A stretch of 57,412 nt of DNA from Bacteroidota bacterium (GCA_025963485.1 JAOQAO010000265.1:1-57412); one strand, 5' to 3'. Positions 29,005 to 38,981 are shown, counted from the first letter of the stretch. The notes: generated by a model from the letters alone, not told the origin. Numbers and translations: made by a program.

Positions 29005-31494
29005 ATGAGAAAACTACTGTTCCTTTTGCTGCTGCTTATTGCTCAGCGAACATTCCTATCCGCCCAAGAAATCCCTTTGGACCTGATCGAGAGGGCGACC
29101 CACACCGACTATATTTTCGAGGGTATTGTCTTAAAGACCGAGCCGTACAAGACGCTGGACGAAAAAAATGTGTATACCTCCAACGTGATTCAGATCACCA
29201 AAATATTCAAGGGGGATCTGTCATGCGGCACTATTGAGCTGATTACTATCGGTGGCGCTCTGCCGGACGAGAACGTACACGGGTCGCACTGCCTCGAACT
29301 CAAGGAAGGAAGCCAGGGTATCTTCCTATGCAATGCCACGACGAAGGAACTGCCGGCAACCGCCGTTTATGCCTTCTCCCTGCCTGACAAGATGGAGGCG
29401 ACCTATGAGTGGCAGTCCTTCATCAAATACGTATTCGATGACGGAAGATGGCAGGCGGATGACCTCTTGAAGCGGTACGACAGCATCATCCAGCTTTATC
29501 ACCTCGCGGAGCTCATCACGCAAATCCAATACACGGATTGCGGTCAACAAAGTTTGGTCTTGCAGCCGCCAGCAATTCAGCCAATAGCCGTTCAGCCATA
29601 TCAGCCGAGGGCAATGCTTTCCTATAATGCCAATGATTTTGCAGATGCTAAAAGACGGTTAAGCTATAAGAGGGCGAATTTATCTAGGCCCAAGGCGGCA
29701 CGCTCCACGGAAACCTTGAATTTTCGGATTTCCAATGTCCAGGTCACGGGTACAAGTCCGAAATACCTTGAATATGATGTCAACGTCTTTGACCAGAGCA
29801 ATGTAAACCATTTCCTCAGCGATGCCACCATCCGCCTTGTGTATGATCCTGCGGTTTTTGGCTCCTACCTCGTCACGAATAACAAAATAACTGTAACGAA
29901 TGGTGCCTTGGCGAATTCAAGTTGCTATTTCTCGGTTTCGCCAAACGATGACAACCCGAGTACCATCAGCATGCTCCTCGGTGCTCACGACTATTCAATT
30001 TGTAAAAGTCCCATAACGGCATCCCCGCAACAGCTGGTGCATATAAGCATGGAAATCCAAACTTGCGGATTGAACTCCAAAGTAGCCATACAGGACACTT
30101 CTTTTTTTGGAAGTTCGGATATGGCCATCGGCTCTGGATATTCCCTCTCTTCGGGAGATTCGCTCTCAACCTCTTACGACCTGGTCACGACGGACAGCGT
30201 AAGCGTTCCGTCGTGCAAAGCCACGATCACGTCATTTGACCCGCCTGTGGTCAATGGCGGCGTAGGAGACATTCTCAGTATTCGCGGTTTCCAATTTGGC
30301 AGCGCAAGGGGCTCGGGAAATTTGTACTTTTACAACTCGAACCATCCCCAATCCGGCATGAGCAGCAGCTTGGATAACGTGGATTACCTTCTTTGGTCTG
30401 ATACGCTTATCCAAATCGTCGTTCCCTCCAAGGAGACTGGCGACACGGGCACCCTAGGCACAGGTACTTTCCGCATCGTCACTAACGCGAACGAAAAGGA
30501 CACCACCGCCAATCCGCTCACGGTCTATTACTCGGTGATAAACGAGATTTACACCGATAACACCGATAGCGCCAAGTCCAACTTCTTTCTCGAAAACCAG
30601 TCGGGTTCCGGCGGCTACTTCTTCCACGAGGACACCTCGGTATCCCACAATCCCGGAATAGCGGGGGTGGTGCGGAAGGCCATAAAGGACTGGGTCTGCG
30701 CGACGGGCGTTAACTTCACGATTGTCGGGGACACGACCGGGGTTCTGGGCAACCAGGACGACAGGGTAAACGTGGTCACCATGGGGCCGCAGAGCGGAAA
30801 CCACATAGCCACATGCTACTTCGTAGATGCCGGATGCATCAATCCGGTTACGCACAAGCTGGTCTGGCACCGCAGGGACATTGACGTTGTTATTTCCAAT
30901 ACGGCCGGCCTTGTCTACTTTACCGACACGACCGGCACGCTTCCCGTACCTTTTGGTCAGGTGGACCTGTATCACGTTCTTCTCCACGAACTCGGGCACG
31001 GGGTCGGACTTAACCACGTCATCGACTCGACCCTTATGATGTACTACCGCGTTCCCTCAATACCCACAGGCGGCCTATCGCCAGCCGGTCGCGTCGTCCA
31101 TCTTGCCGGGGACCTTTCCAGTGTCGACGGCGGTACTTGGGAGGTCGTGGCATCGCACTCCTCGTCCAACGTCTACCAGTGTGCGACCCCGATGTCGGCG
31201 GTAAGCGGCCTGCATTGTGAGTTTTCGACGTACATAGAGCCGATCACGCAGCCAAGTGACCTGAGACTATATCCCAACCCGTTCGACGGCAGGATTAATA
31301 TAGCATCGGGCTCGGAGATAGAGCAGATCAGCCTGACAGCGGTCGACGGAAAGGTGATCTATAACCGGGAAAATGTGATGCAGAAAAATACCTTTATCTT
31401 GGTATCCAATGAGCTCGCGGCAGGCGTCTATATCCTGAGCGTTCAAACAAAAGCTGGCGGGGTCACGCAAAAAATTGTCCATGTACAAAACTAG
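29005..31494 (+). CDS. T9SS-secreted metzincin (matrixin-like) metalloprotease with an IPT/TIG-like domain
   Basis: Signal peptide; HELGHGVGLNH plus Met-turn LMMY; ITSFDP...LSIRGFQFG..WSDTLI; C-terminal LYPNPF..GVYIL CTD. Confidence 0.88.
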   Translation: MRKLLFLLLLLIAQRTFLSAQEIPLDLIERATHTDYIFEGIVLKTEPYKTLDEKNVYTSNVIQITKIFKGDLSCGTIELITIGGALPDENVHGSHCLELKEGSQGIFLCNATTKELPATAVYAFSLPDKMEATYEWQSFIKYVFDDGRWQADDLLKRYDSIIQLYHLAELITQIQYTDCGQQSLVLQPPAIQPIAVQPYQPRAMLSYNANDFADAKRRLSYKRANLSRPKAARSTETLNFRISNVQVTGTSPKYLEYDVNVFDQSNVNHFLSDATIRLVYDPAVFGSYLVTNNKITVTNGALANSSCYFSVSPNDDNPSTISMLLGAHDYSICKSPITASPQQLVHISMEIQTCGLNSKVAIQDTSFFGSSDMAIGSGYSLSSGDSLSTSYDLVTTDSVSVPSCKATITSFDPPVVNGGVGDILSIRGFQFGSARGSGNLYFYNSNHPQSGMSSSLDNVDYLLWSDTLIQIVVPSKETGDTGTLGTGTFRIVTNANEKDTTANPLTVYYSVINEIYTDNTDSAKSNFFLENQSGSGGYFFHEDTSVSHNPGIAGVVRKAIKDWVCATGVNFTIVGDTTGVLGNQDDRVNVVTMGPQSGNHIATCYFVDAGCINPVTHKLVWHRRDIDVVISNTAGLVYFTDTTGTLPVPFGQVDLYHVLLHELGHGVGLNHVIDSTLMMYYRVPSIPTGGLSPAGRVVHLAGDLSSVDGGTWEVVASHSSSNVYQCATPMSAVSGLHCEFSTYIEPITQPSDLRLYPNPFDGRINIASGSEIEQISLTAVDGKVIYNRENVMQKNTFILVSNELAAGVYILSVQTKAGGVTQKIVHVQN

Positions 31495-32047
31495 CATCTT
31501 GCTTTTTTTGAATTGCCTGATTGCCGCGGCGTGTATGGCGCAGAAGCCCTATGCGATGCTGTGCGACTTGAAGCCCGTTGCTACCGGCAGGGATATGGAT
31601 GTTGTCTCAAGCGCCGGGTGCCTTGATTGCGATGCGGTCTTGCACGGACCTGACACTGCTACTGCCACTAGGCTAAAACGCAATAAGGAATGGATGTCCG
31701 CATACGATGCGCTAAAGGCGAAAGGGTGGCACTATGACAGCGCAAAAGCGTATCACATTGCCTCTGATAGCTTCCTGCGAGCCATCCGCTCCACGCATTA
31801 TTCCATCCTCCTTAACCGCCCTTACGCATCGCTCGGATTGGGCAAAGACCAAAACAGTTCCAGTCCTGAGTGCCAATTTTCATCAGAGGACGGAGTGATT
31901 GGCACTGTGCGGTTTCGCGTGGTATGTAGTGATTGCCCTTATTCCAAACGGAAAACTTTGTATTACATTTTTGCTTATGGGAAAAGCGGGATTGTCGTCA
32001 GGCACGGGCTGGCAGAATTAAAAAGTAGTCACAAACCCAAAAAATAG
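31475..32047 (+). CDS. Hypothetical exported protein
   Basis: Signal peptide ending MAQ; overlaps the protease stop; two CxxC pairs. Confidence 0.65.
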   Translation: MSMYKTSILLFLNCLIAAACMAQKPYAMLCDLKPVATGRDMDVVSSAGCLDCDAVLHGPDTATATRLKRNKEWMSAYDALKAKGWHYDSAKAYHIASDSFLRAIRSTHYSILLNRPYASLGLGKDQNSSSPECQFSSEDGVIGTVRFRVVCSDCPYSKRKTLYYIFAYGKSGIVVRHGLAELKSSHKPKK

Positions 32048-32053
32048 TTTCTC

Positions 32054-32084
32054 AGTGGTCACCTTCACAGAGGTGGCCACTTTT
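32054..32084 (+). repeat. Conserved hairpin, degenerate copy
   Basis: agtggtcacct-tcacag-aggtggccact-ttt; related to 35820 and 39016. Confidence 0.65.
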
Positions 32085-32104
32085 CTCACTTTTGAATAGA
32101 TAAA

Positions 32105-32671
32105 ATGAAATTATCATTGCTAATATCAGTCTGTCTGGCACTGTTTTCAAAGGGCAGCTTTGCGCAAACTCTGACCGTCGCACCAAACCCTTTTGTGCAC
32201 TCGGCAACCCTCCGGTTTGATTTGAATACGGCGGATACCACCTCTTTGTACATCGTGAACATAGTGGGCAGCACTGTAAGGACTTTCCTCCACGATACTG
32301 TTCTTTCTCCGGCACAGTATAGTTATACGCTTAGCGGAAATTCAATGGACGCAGGGGTTTACGTAATTGTCCTGCAAAGAAACAGTCAGCGCACCAATAC
32401 ACAATTGGTCAAGGCGTCTGATGCGACTGCCGTCAAAGACATTAACGAAAATACCAATTGGGAATTGTATCCTAACCCAGCTAAAGACAGGATTGGTTTT
32501 GATAAGGCACTTATTGGTTCTGAGATAAGCGTTTTTGATATGTCGGGTAGAAACCACGTGGTTGCCATAAGCCAGAACCAGATTGATATTTCATCCCTGC
32601 CCTTCGGGGTTTATTGTCTTCGCATTCAGAATATTGATGGCATCTTATTTAGAAAATTTACTAAAGATTAG
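32105..32671 (+). CDS. Small T9SS protein made of two CTD-like domains
   Basis: Signal peptide; VAPNPF..NIVG..AGVY..LVK, then LYPNPA..DMSGR..FGVY..KFTKD. Confidence 0.85.
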   Translation: MKLSLLISVCLALFSKGSFAQTLTVAPNPFVHSATLRFDLNTADTTSLYIVNIVGSTVRTFLHDTVLSPAQYSYTLSGNSMDAGVYVIVLQRNSQRTNTQLVKASDATAVKDINENTNWELYPNPAKDRIGFDKALIGSEISVFDMSGRNHVVAISQNQIDISSLPFGVYCLRIQNIDGILFRKFTKD

Positions 32672-32673
32672 TC

Positions 32674-32790
32674 ATGAGAAAATTAATACTTTTTATCACA
32701 CGTTTTAGTTCAATGAGCCTCTGCAAGGCGCAATCTATAATGTCCTCCTGCGTTTCAAGTGGCAGTATACGAGCAATATTAGTGCCTTAA
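32674..32790 (+). pseudogene. Truncated secreted-protein gene (signal peptide only)
   Basis: MRKLILFIT...LCKAQ then a stop at codon 39; starts 2 nt after the previous gene. Confidence 0.4.
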
Positions 32791-32885
32791 TTTTTTATGA
32801 TTCAAGGTTACTCCTCATAGGGGCGAGTTCTTATTCTCTCCTGTTAAACAATTAAATCCCGACCTCATACGTCTTATTGAACTCC

Positions 32886-34094
32886 ATGAAAAACCTGAAC
32901 GTCATATCCGAGGACGAAAAAAAGTCCTTCGACCCGCTTCTCCAGAACATCATCGCCTACCGAAAGTCGGGATTGAGCCTCAATCACATCATTGGCTGCT
33001 CGCTCGACTGCGCGTACTGCGTCAGGCACTTCTTCGACAATTTTGAAATGAAGGAGCCGCAGATGCTTTGTAGTGACGAAGAAGCTGTAAACCAATTGGT
33101 CAATCATCAGTTCTTCATACCGAACGTGACACCCCTGCAATTATTCAATCGGGCAACCGATCCGTTTCTGACCGACGTAAAGAAGCACACGCACGAAGTC
33201 CTCAGGAGGCTCGACGGCATGGGTCTGACGAATCAGGTTCTTGTCATTACGCGGGCAAAAGTCACGAAGGAGGACATGGAGTTGCTGGAACAGCTAAAGA
33301 ACCTGCACGTATCACTTCTCGTAACCTATTCGGGAATTACCGACGTTAGGATAGAGCCCATTGCGAAGAATGGAATCACAGTACATTCGATAGAGACAAT
33401 CGCCCGATATAAGACGCGAACAAAGCTCATTCTCTATTGGCGTCCTATAGTGGTAGGATGGAATGACGACCCGGCCAGCTTTGAAAGGGTCTTTTGGATG
33501 GCGAGGTATGCGGATGCCATTGTCTATACGGGCTACTATCACCGACCTGAAAACCATGCCTACCTGAAAAGCATGGGCATACCAGTTCCTTACGGCGACT
33601 TTGCGCGTAGAAAGTTCCTACCCAACGAGCTTGAGAACAGGATTTTTGAGGCTTACAAGAACTCGGGGCTGACCGTACCCCTCTTTAGGAAAACGTCGTG
33701 CGGGGTGGCATACGCGCATAGGGTTCCCGATTACAACGGTCACTGGGGCGTCAATGAGCTGTGCGATATCTGTCCGAAGGAACAGAGAGACTTGTGCGAC
33801 AAAGGATACCAGGCACCCACCAGGGATGAGTTTCAAAAGCTTTTGGACGTGTATAATTACGATACTCCTTTTCTTATCGAGGATGGACACGTTTGGACTG
33901 AGGGTTTGGGAGAGGAACGACGCTACCACCTGCAACATACGCTTGGGTACCAGATATGGGACATTGAAAAGCCCCACTTCAAAAACCAGCACGGGCGCTC
34001 GCCATTCGGGCATGAGCAGACCAAGGAAAACGAGGCCTGGTATGAGGACATTAAAAGACAATTCACTAACGACATAAAGAAAGAAGATGACTGA
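32886..34094 (+). CDS. Radical SAM protein, spore photoproduct lyase/Rv2578c-like
   Basis: GCSLDCAYC (CxxxCxxC), ATDPF, RPIVVGWND; extra C-terminal Cys (KTSCG, CDICP..C). Confidence 0.88.
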   Translation: MKNLNVISEDEKKSFDPLLQNIIAYRKSGLSLNHIIGCSLDCAYCVRHFFDNFEMKEPQMLCSDEEAVNQLVNHQFFIPNVTPLQLFNRATDPFLTDVKKHTHEVLRRLDGMGLTNQVLVITRAKVTKEDMELLEQLKNLHVSLLVTYSGITDVRIEPIAKNGITVHSIETIARYKTRTKLILYWRPIVVGWNDDPASFERVFWMARYADAIVYTGYYHRPENHAYLKSMGIPVPYGDFARRKFLPNELENRIFEAYKNSGLTVPLFRKTSCGVAYAHRVPDYNGHWGVNELCDICPKEQRDLCDKGYQAPTRDEFQKLLDVYNYDTPFLIEDGHVWTEGLGEERRYHLQHTLGYQIWDIEKPHFKNQHGRSPFGHEQTKENEAWYEDIKRQFTNDIKKEDD

Positions 34095-34731
34095 ACTACA
34101 AAAATACAATCTGCCGTGGTGGCAATCGAGTTTCATCATCCTCGATCTCGAGGGGACCGGCTCCCAGCATAAGGAACTGGAGGGTATTGTTGAAATTGCA
34201 GCAATCGAGCTAAGCGGCAAGCAACTCACATCTAACTACTATTACAAACTCATCAATCCTCAGATTGAGATTCCTCCGATGATCTCTAAGATACACGGAT
34301 TGAAGAATAAGGATTTGGAAAATGAGCCCGACTTCAGCGTAATAAGGGAAGGGCTGTTCGATTTCATAAATGGCAAGATACTCGTCGGCCATAACGTGAG
34401 CGTAGACTACCGGGTGCTCAAACTCAAGATGCCTGACTACTGTCCATTGCTCATACTCGACACCAAGAAGATATCGAAACACTTTTGGGGCTCTGAACCG
34501 AAACACGGACTGGACGAACTGATCGAACGGTTCGGCATCAAGGACCAACTCACCGACTTGCCCGTAAAGAGGAACAGGCACAGTGCCTACTATGATGCGT
34601 ATGCCACCGGGCTGGTCTTTTTGAAAATGATTGAAGAAAAGCTGTCGGATGAAACGACCCTATCAGCGCTGGCGAATATTTGCAGCATTAACCCTGAATC
34701 CGACAAAAAGAGCCAAGGGTCACTATTTTAA
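34087..34731 (+). CDS. DEDDh 3'-5' exonuclease (DnaQ-like)
   Basis: ExoI LDLEGTG, ExoII GHNVSVD, ExoIII HSAYYDA. Confidence 0.92.
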   Translation: MTELQKYNLPWWQSSFIILDLEGTGSQHKELEGIVEIAAIELSGKQLTSNYYYKLINPQIEIPPMISKIHGLKNKDLENEPDFSVIREGLFDFINGKILVGHNVSVDYRVLKLKMPDYCPLLILDTKKISKHFWGSEPKHGLDELIERFGIKDQLTDLPVKRNRHSAYYDAYATGLVFLKMIEEKLSDETTLSALANICSINPESDKKSQGSLF

Positions 34732-34740
34732 AGAGAGAAA

Positions 34741-35316
34741 ATGGAAAAGATAAAAATAGGAATTGGAGGAACGCACAGCACAGGCAAGACCACGTTCATC
34801 AAAAGACTTTCTACGGCACTTACAGAAAAGTCAGTAGATCACCAGATAATAGGCGACCTGGCATCAAAGTGCCCGTTGCCGATTCTTCGCGATCATACTG
34901 TGGAAAGCACCCTTTGGATTGCTTCACAAGGAATTAACCTGGAGATTGAAGCTGGCCACAAGCACAAGGTTGTAATAGCAGACAGGCCCATACTGGACTG
35001 CTGGGCGTATTTCAATGCGGTTTGCAAAGGGCAATATCCCGAGACCAATCCAAAATTGCAGACATTGAAATCAATGATTTTAAATTGGCTACCTACGTAC
35101 GACCTGCTCTACCAAACCGTGGTAAATGAGAATATCCCGATAGAGGACAACAAGGGACGCGATTTAGACATCGTTTATCGTAGACGGGTCGCCGACGAAA
35201 TGACTGCCGGGAGCGTGCTGTTTAATGCCTCTCCTAAGCTTCTAACGTACGAAAATACTGACCAGGAACTCCAATTTATCCTCGACCAAATAGAGGGAGC
35301 AATCGGTAAATCCTAA
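34741..35316 (+). CDS. P-loop NTPase, nucleoside/nucleotide kinase-like
   Basis: GGTHSTGKTT Walker A; IADRPILD..AY; lid-like EDNKGRD. Confidence 0.82.
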   Translation: MEKIKIGIGGTHSTGKTTFIKRLSTALTEKSVDHQIIGDLASKCPLPILRDHTVESTLWIASQGINLEIEAGHKHKVVIADRPILDCWAYFNAVCKGQYPETNPKLQTLKSMILNWLPTYDLLYQTVVNENIPIEDNKGRDLDIVYRRRVADEMTAGSVLFNASPKLLTYENTDQELQFILDQIEGAIGKS

Positions 35317-35384
35317 TGGATAAAATATGAGCGGTATTTTGTCTTAAATTCTTTAATTTTTTCTTTAATCTGAGCTTGATTTAA

Positions 35385-35392
35385 TATATTTG
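35385..35392 (+). promoter_or_regulatory. Bacteroidota -7 promoter element
   Basis: TATATTTG 18 nt upstream of ATG 35411. Confidence 0.6.
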
Positions 35393-35410
35393 CAGCCTAA
35401 AATAAAAAGC

Positions 35411-35782
35411 ATGGCATCATCAGTTATCGCAACGGTTAACCTACCCGGTTATACAGATCAGAAAATCATATTTGCCGCAAGAGCAGAAAATGAGTCGTAC
35501 ACGTATCTAGCCCCAAAAGAAGCGGAGACTATTGAAAGTATACTCAAAGGATATCCCGACCATTTTTCTAAGGTATATGTAGACCACGACAGGGAAGATG
35601 ATGAAATCGTTGGTATTGAACCATCTTCCGCCCTTGCTGATGAGAAAAGGTTGGGTCGCAAGTTATATCTCCCTATTCAGGAAGTTTTAGAAGTCCTAAG
35701 TCCGAGCGACAAGTCTTTTTTTGATAAAAGTGATAAAGCGTTCGAAGGGTTTGACTACCCTTACCTGGTTGAAAAGTTATAA
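35411..35782 (+). CDS. Hypothetical acidic protein
   Basis: 123-aa ORF with its own promoter motif and a downstream hairpin. Confidence 0.72.
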   Translation: MASSVIATVNLPGYTDQKIIFAARAENESYTYLAPKEAETIESILKGYPDHFSKVYVDHDREDDEIVGIEPSSALADEKRLGRKLYLPIQEVLEVLSPSDKSFFDKSDKAFEGFDYPYLVEKL

Positions 35783-35819
35783 CTCCGTCCACAACGGTTA
35801 ACCGTTGTAAAGTTTTCAT

Positions 35820-35862
35820 AGGTTCAAAAGTGGTCATCTCGAAAGAGGTGGCCATTTTTTGC
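35820..35862 (+). repeat. 43-bp conserved hairpin/terminator repeat, copy 1
   Basis: aggttcaaaagtggtcatctcgaaagaggtggccattttttgc; 39/43 identical to 39016-39058. Confidence 0.85.
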
Positions 35863-35963
35863 TTCAAGCAAAAGTTTCTGAGCCATGAAATTCATATATT
35901 TACGTTACGTCACTGATACAAAGTGGTATATGAGGCGTGATAATTTTTATTCAATAGACTTCA

Positions 35964-37712
35964 ATGGAGCGCCCTGCCATCCAACTCATTCTCGATTATA
36001 AAACGTTCTTTGGCGCTGACCCAACGAATGACAGGCTCTCCCTCGTACGACATATCTGCAAAAGGAACCTTCTGGTAGAAATTGCCGGCTTGAATTACAG
36101 GTTGAAGCCCAACGATACTATATTTGTTGACGAAAGCTTCGACAGACAACGTAAGGAACTCGACTGGTTCACAAAAAATCCCGATCTCTATAGATACTAC
36201 TCGCAAATCGCTGCCCGTTATACAAAGAGCGTTGACGATTATCCCAATATTTTTAATCGCCCTGCTTGCTTATTCGCTCTGGAGGAAATTTCCAATTCTG
36301 ACATACCTGAAATAGAGGATTTCAATTTCACGAAACCGGAGGAATGGGAAAGTATCTTAAAGTACCTGCTCGCAGTTAATTTCCATATCACCCAGATTAA
36401 AAAGGAAAAGGACGGGGTTCAAGCTTCTTTCGAGAAAGTGAACCCCAAGCTGATCAGACTAAACGAACTCAGAGTAAAGACCGATCCGCTCTTTACTCTC
36501 TACAGGGGATATCGACTTATCACATATTTTGCAAGGAATCCTACTTATGCAAAGCACTTAGCGGAGTATTTCAATAAGACTTACGGGATGGATTACCAAT
36601 TTTTCCTTTCCTCTATCCTTCACATGTACAAGGCAAAAGTAAATGCCATTCCTGAAAATAACTTTTTGTTTAAACTAGGACGTTGCCAAGATTCTAGATT
36701 CCTCGATGCGCTAAGTAAACGTCACCGTGAGGAAAATGCTCTGCTGTTACTAGGCATCAGAAAGTCGCCATTCATCAAGCTCGCTCCGAGGGAATACATA
36801 ATGGGCGACAATGCCTTCTTGCTCGAAAAAACCTACTACCAGTTCATCAATGACTTTTGGTTTGACTGCATCAAACAAATATTGAAGCCGGACGGGAAAA
36901 ATCTGATTTCTCACCAACGTTATTTCGCGGATGTAGGGGTGTTCTTCGAGGAGTACCTGCGCGAGATACTGACGAATAGTTTTAAGAACTACGTCGCCTC
37001 AGTCCTTCTCACCTTTGACCAGCTAAAGCTCACCGGTGCGCAGGGCGAATTCGAGCTTTGCGACATCTACTTCCGTGCCGATCGGAAAGTGATAATCGGG
37101 CAAGCTAAAGCCACTGGTATATACGATGAGGCAAAATACGGAGGCGATATAGGTAAGCTTTACAAGGAAGATAGAGCGAAATTTTTCAAAAACTTCGGCG
37201 TCGATCAAGTAGTGAAGTCAATAAAAGACCTTTCTGCAAATATAAATCGCTTGGATACCACCTTCCCATCGACTGGCGAATGCGAGGTATATCCTTGCAT
37301 AGTCGTAAACGATAAGGCGCTCCAAACTGCATTAATGAATCATGTTTTCAACCTGAGATTCCAAGAGCTCATAACCGGCTTTTCTGACAAAAACCTTAAG
37401 GTTCACCCCCTGACGCTCATACATGTGATGGATCTCGAAAACGTAGAGGAAGCCCTTTCAAGTAATCCGCAACTTATTTGGAACCTGCTGGATAATACCA
37501 TTGGTCACCCCGCATTCCTTATGCCCTTCTACACCTCAGTTTACAAGCTTTTACCGCACATCTCATACCCCGCAAAGTTGCTCACGGCTTTTACCGAACT
37601 GTTTGATAAGCATAATTCGCAATTTAAGTTTTCATTAACCCGAATTACAAACAAGCTTATCGACCGCATCAAAGGATTGCCCAATTTACGAAAGAATGGA
37701 TTGGCGGTGTGA
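35964..37712 (+). CDS. Hypothetical protein with a C-terminal PD-(D/E)XK/NERD-like domain
   Basis: 582 aa; GVFFEEYL...ELCDIYF......IIGQAKA (E..D..QxK); GVDQV. Confidence 0.65.
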   Translation: MERPAIQLILDYKTFFGADPTNDRLSLVRHICKRNLLVEIAGLNYRLKPNDTIFVDESFDRQRKELDWFTKNPDLYRYYSQIAARYTKSVDDYPNIFNRPACLFALEEISNSDIPEIEDFNFTKPEEWESILKYLLAVNFHITQIKKEKDGVQASFEKVNPKLIRLNELRVKTDPLFTLYRGYRLITYFARNPTYAKHLAEYFNKTYGMDYQFFLSSILHMYKAKVNAIPENNFLFKLGRCQDSRFLDALSKRHREENALLLLGIRKSPFIKLAPREYIMGDNAFLLEKTYYQFINDFWFDCIKQILKPDGKNLISHQRYFADVGVFFEEYLREILTNSFKNYVASVLLTFDQLKLTGAQGEFELCDIYFRADRKVIIGQAKATGIYDEAKYGGDIGKLYKEDRAKFFKNFGVDQVVKSIKDLSANINRLDTTFPSTGECEVYPCIVVNDKALQTALMNHVFNLRFQELITGFSDKNLKVHPLTLIHVMDLENVEEALSSNPQLIWNLLDNTIGHPAFLMPFYTSVYKLLPHISYPAKLLTAFTELFDKHNSQFKFSLTRITNKLIDRIKGLPNLRKNGLAV

Positions 37713-37741
37713 GACAATGATTGTTACATTTGATAGTTACT

Positions 37742-38614
37742 ATGGAACATCCTCTTACAAAGAAGCATCACTACATCCCCGAATTCTTCATAAAGAACTT
37801 CTGTGATGAGGATGGGAAAATCTACATCTACGACAAACTAACAAAGCGATATCTGGGAAAGAAAAGCCCTGGAGGCATCTTCTACGAGATGCATAGGAAT
37901 ACCATAGACATCAACGGCACTAAAACTGACAATTTTGAAAAGCTGTACTCGGCCCTCGACGACCGGTTTGCAAAGGCGATAATCCGCGTCATTACTACTA
38001 AAGTCCTAAACGTAGAAGAAGACCTCATGAGTCTCCTGTTATTTGCCTCAACTTTGAAATGGCGAGTACCTGCAATCGACGCCTCTTTCAAGGAACTAAA
38101 AGAAAATTTGAAGTACGAGGATTTACCAATTACCATCAAGCCAGTTGATAAAAACGATGAGGTGAATGCCGAAATGCTCGACCACATTATAAATTCAAAT
38201 GCATTTAAGGAATCCATGAGAACAATAATTCCTTCCATCCCATTTCTTAAGAGCGGAGAAAAATTATTGGGCTATAACGACGGAAGTTTTATCTATACTG
38301 ATGAGAGGATCATTTCGGTTCTTGGTGACTGCGGTTTGGTCGAAATACAGGGAGGCGCCTTTGATGAGTTGAACAGCTTTGTGATGCCATTGAGTAGTCA
38401 TACTACTTTCGTTTACAAAGCAGGAAACAGGCGGTCAATCAAATCATTGGCTTTCTTTATGGCCCGTGACCTTTTATCCGTTCACCGATCCGAAAGGTAC
38501 GTAGGCTGCAAAAGCAAGGAACACCTTGAAAACGTAATTAATACCTATAACGGCGTAAGCGACAAAAGGTCGGCGGACGCCCTCGAACATGTTCTTTTTG
38601 AGGATATTTCATAA
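37742..38614 (+). CDS. DUF4238 domain protein
   Basis: N-terminal TKKHHYIPEFFIKNF, FEKLYS.LD, WRVP, LGD and MPLS motifs. Confidence 0.85.
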   Translation: MEHPLTKKHHYIPEFFIKNFCDEDGKIYIYDKLTKRYLGKKSPGGIFYEMHRNTIDINGTKTDNFEKLYSALDDRFAKAIIRVITTKVLNVEEDLMSLLLFASTLKWRVPAIDASFKELKENLKYEDLPITIKPVDKNDEVNAEMLDHIINSNAFKESMRTIIPSIPFLKSGEKLLGYNDGSFIYTDERIISVLGDCGLVEIQGGAFDELNSFVMPLSSHTTFVYKAGNRRSIKSLAFFMARDLLSVHRSERYVGCKSKEHLENVINTYNGVSDKRSADALEHVLFEDIS

Positions 38615-38678
38615 TTACTAACATCACTATAAAATCGGGTTCCTTTACGTTATTTTAGCCTTAGTTAAATTTACTGCT

Positions 38679-38981
38679 ATGCTGGCATATTCGATACCAA
38701 TAGATGGACAAGTGCTCTGCTTCGGAGATGGTGATCTTGAGCCATTGCTCGTTACTGACAACGAGCTATGTTCGTTAGAAATGCTGAACTATAACGGCTG
38801 TGCTTTAATCGATGGGCAAATAATAGAAGTTGCCGAGCTGCTTCCCCTGTTTGAAAAGGCCAAAGCCCGAATCCCGAGCATTCTCAGTTCTGTGTACTCA
38901 AATAAAATTAGGGTTGACGAATTAAGCCTTGATTATATGCGCGACCAAAGGTTCCTAAGACAGCCCTACCTAAATTGCTAA
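38679..38981 (+). CDS. Hypothetical protein
   Basis: 100-aa ORF, co-oriented with cargo, followed by the repeat hairpin. Confidence 0.55.
   Translation: MLAYSIPIDGQVLCFGDGDLEPLLVTDNELCSLEMLNYNGCALIDGQIIEVAELLPLFEKAKARIPSILSSVYSNKIRVDELSLDYMRDQRFLRQPYLNC

Noticed and set aside
32886..34094. Prokaryotic viperin
   Set aside because: Motifs (GCxxxCxYC, TDP, PIxxGxND) fit the SPL-like group better than the viperin NxxCNYxCxFC...GGEP pattern.
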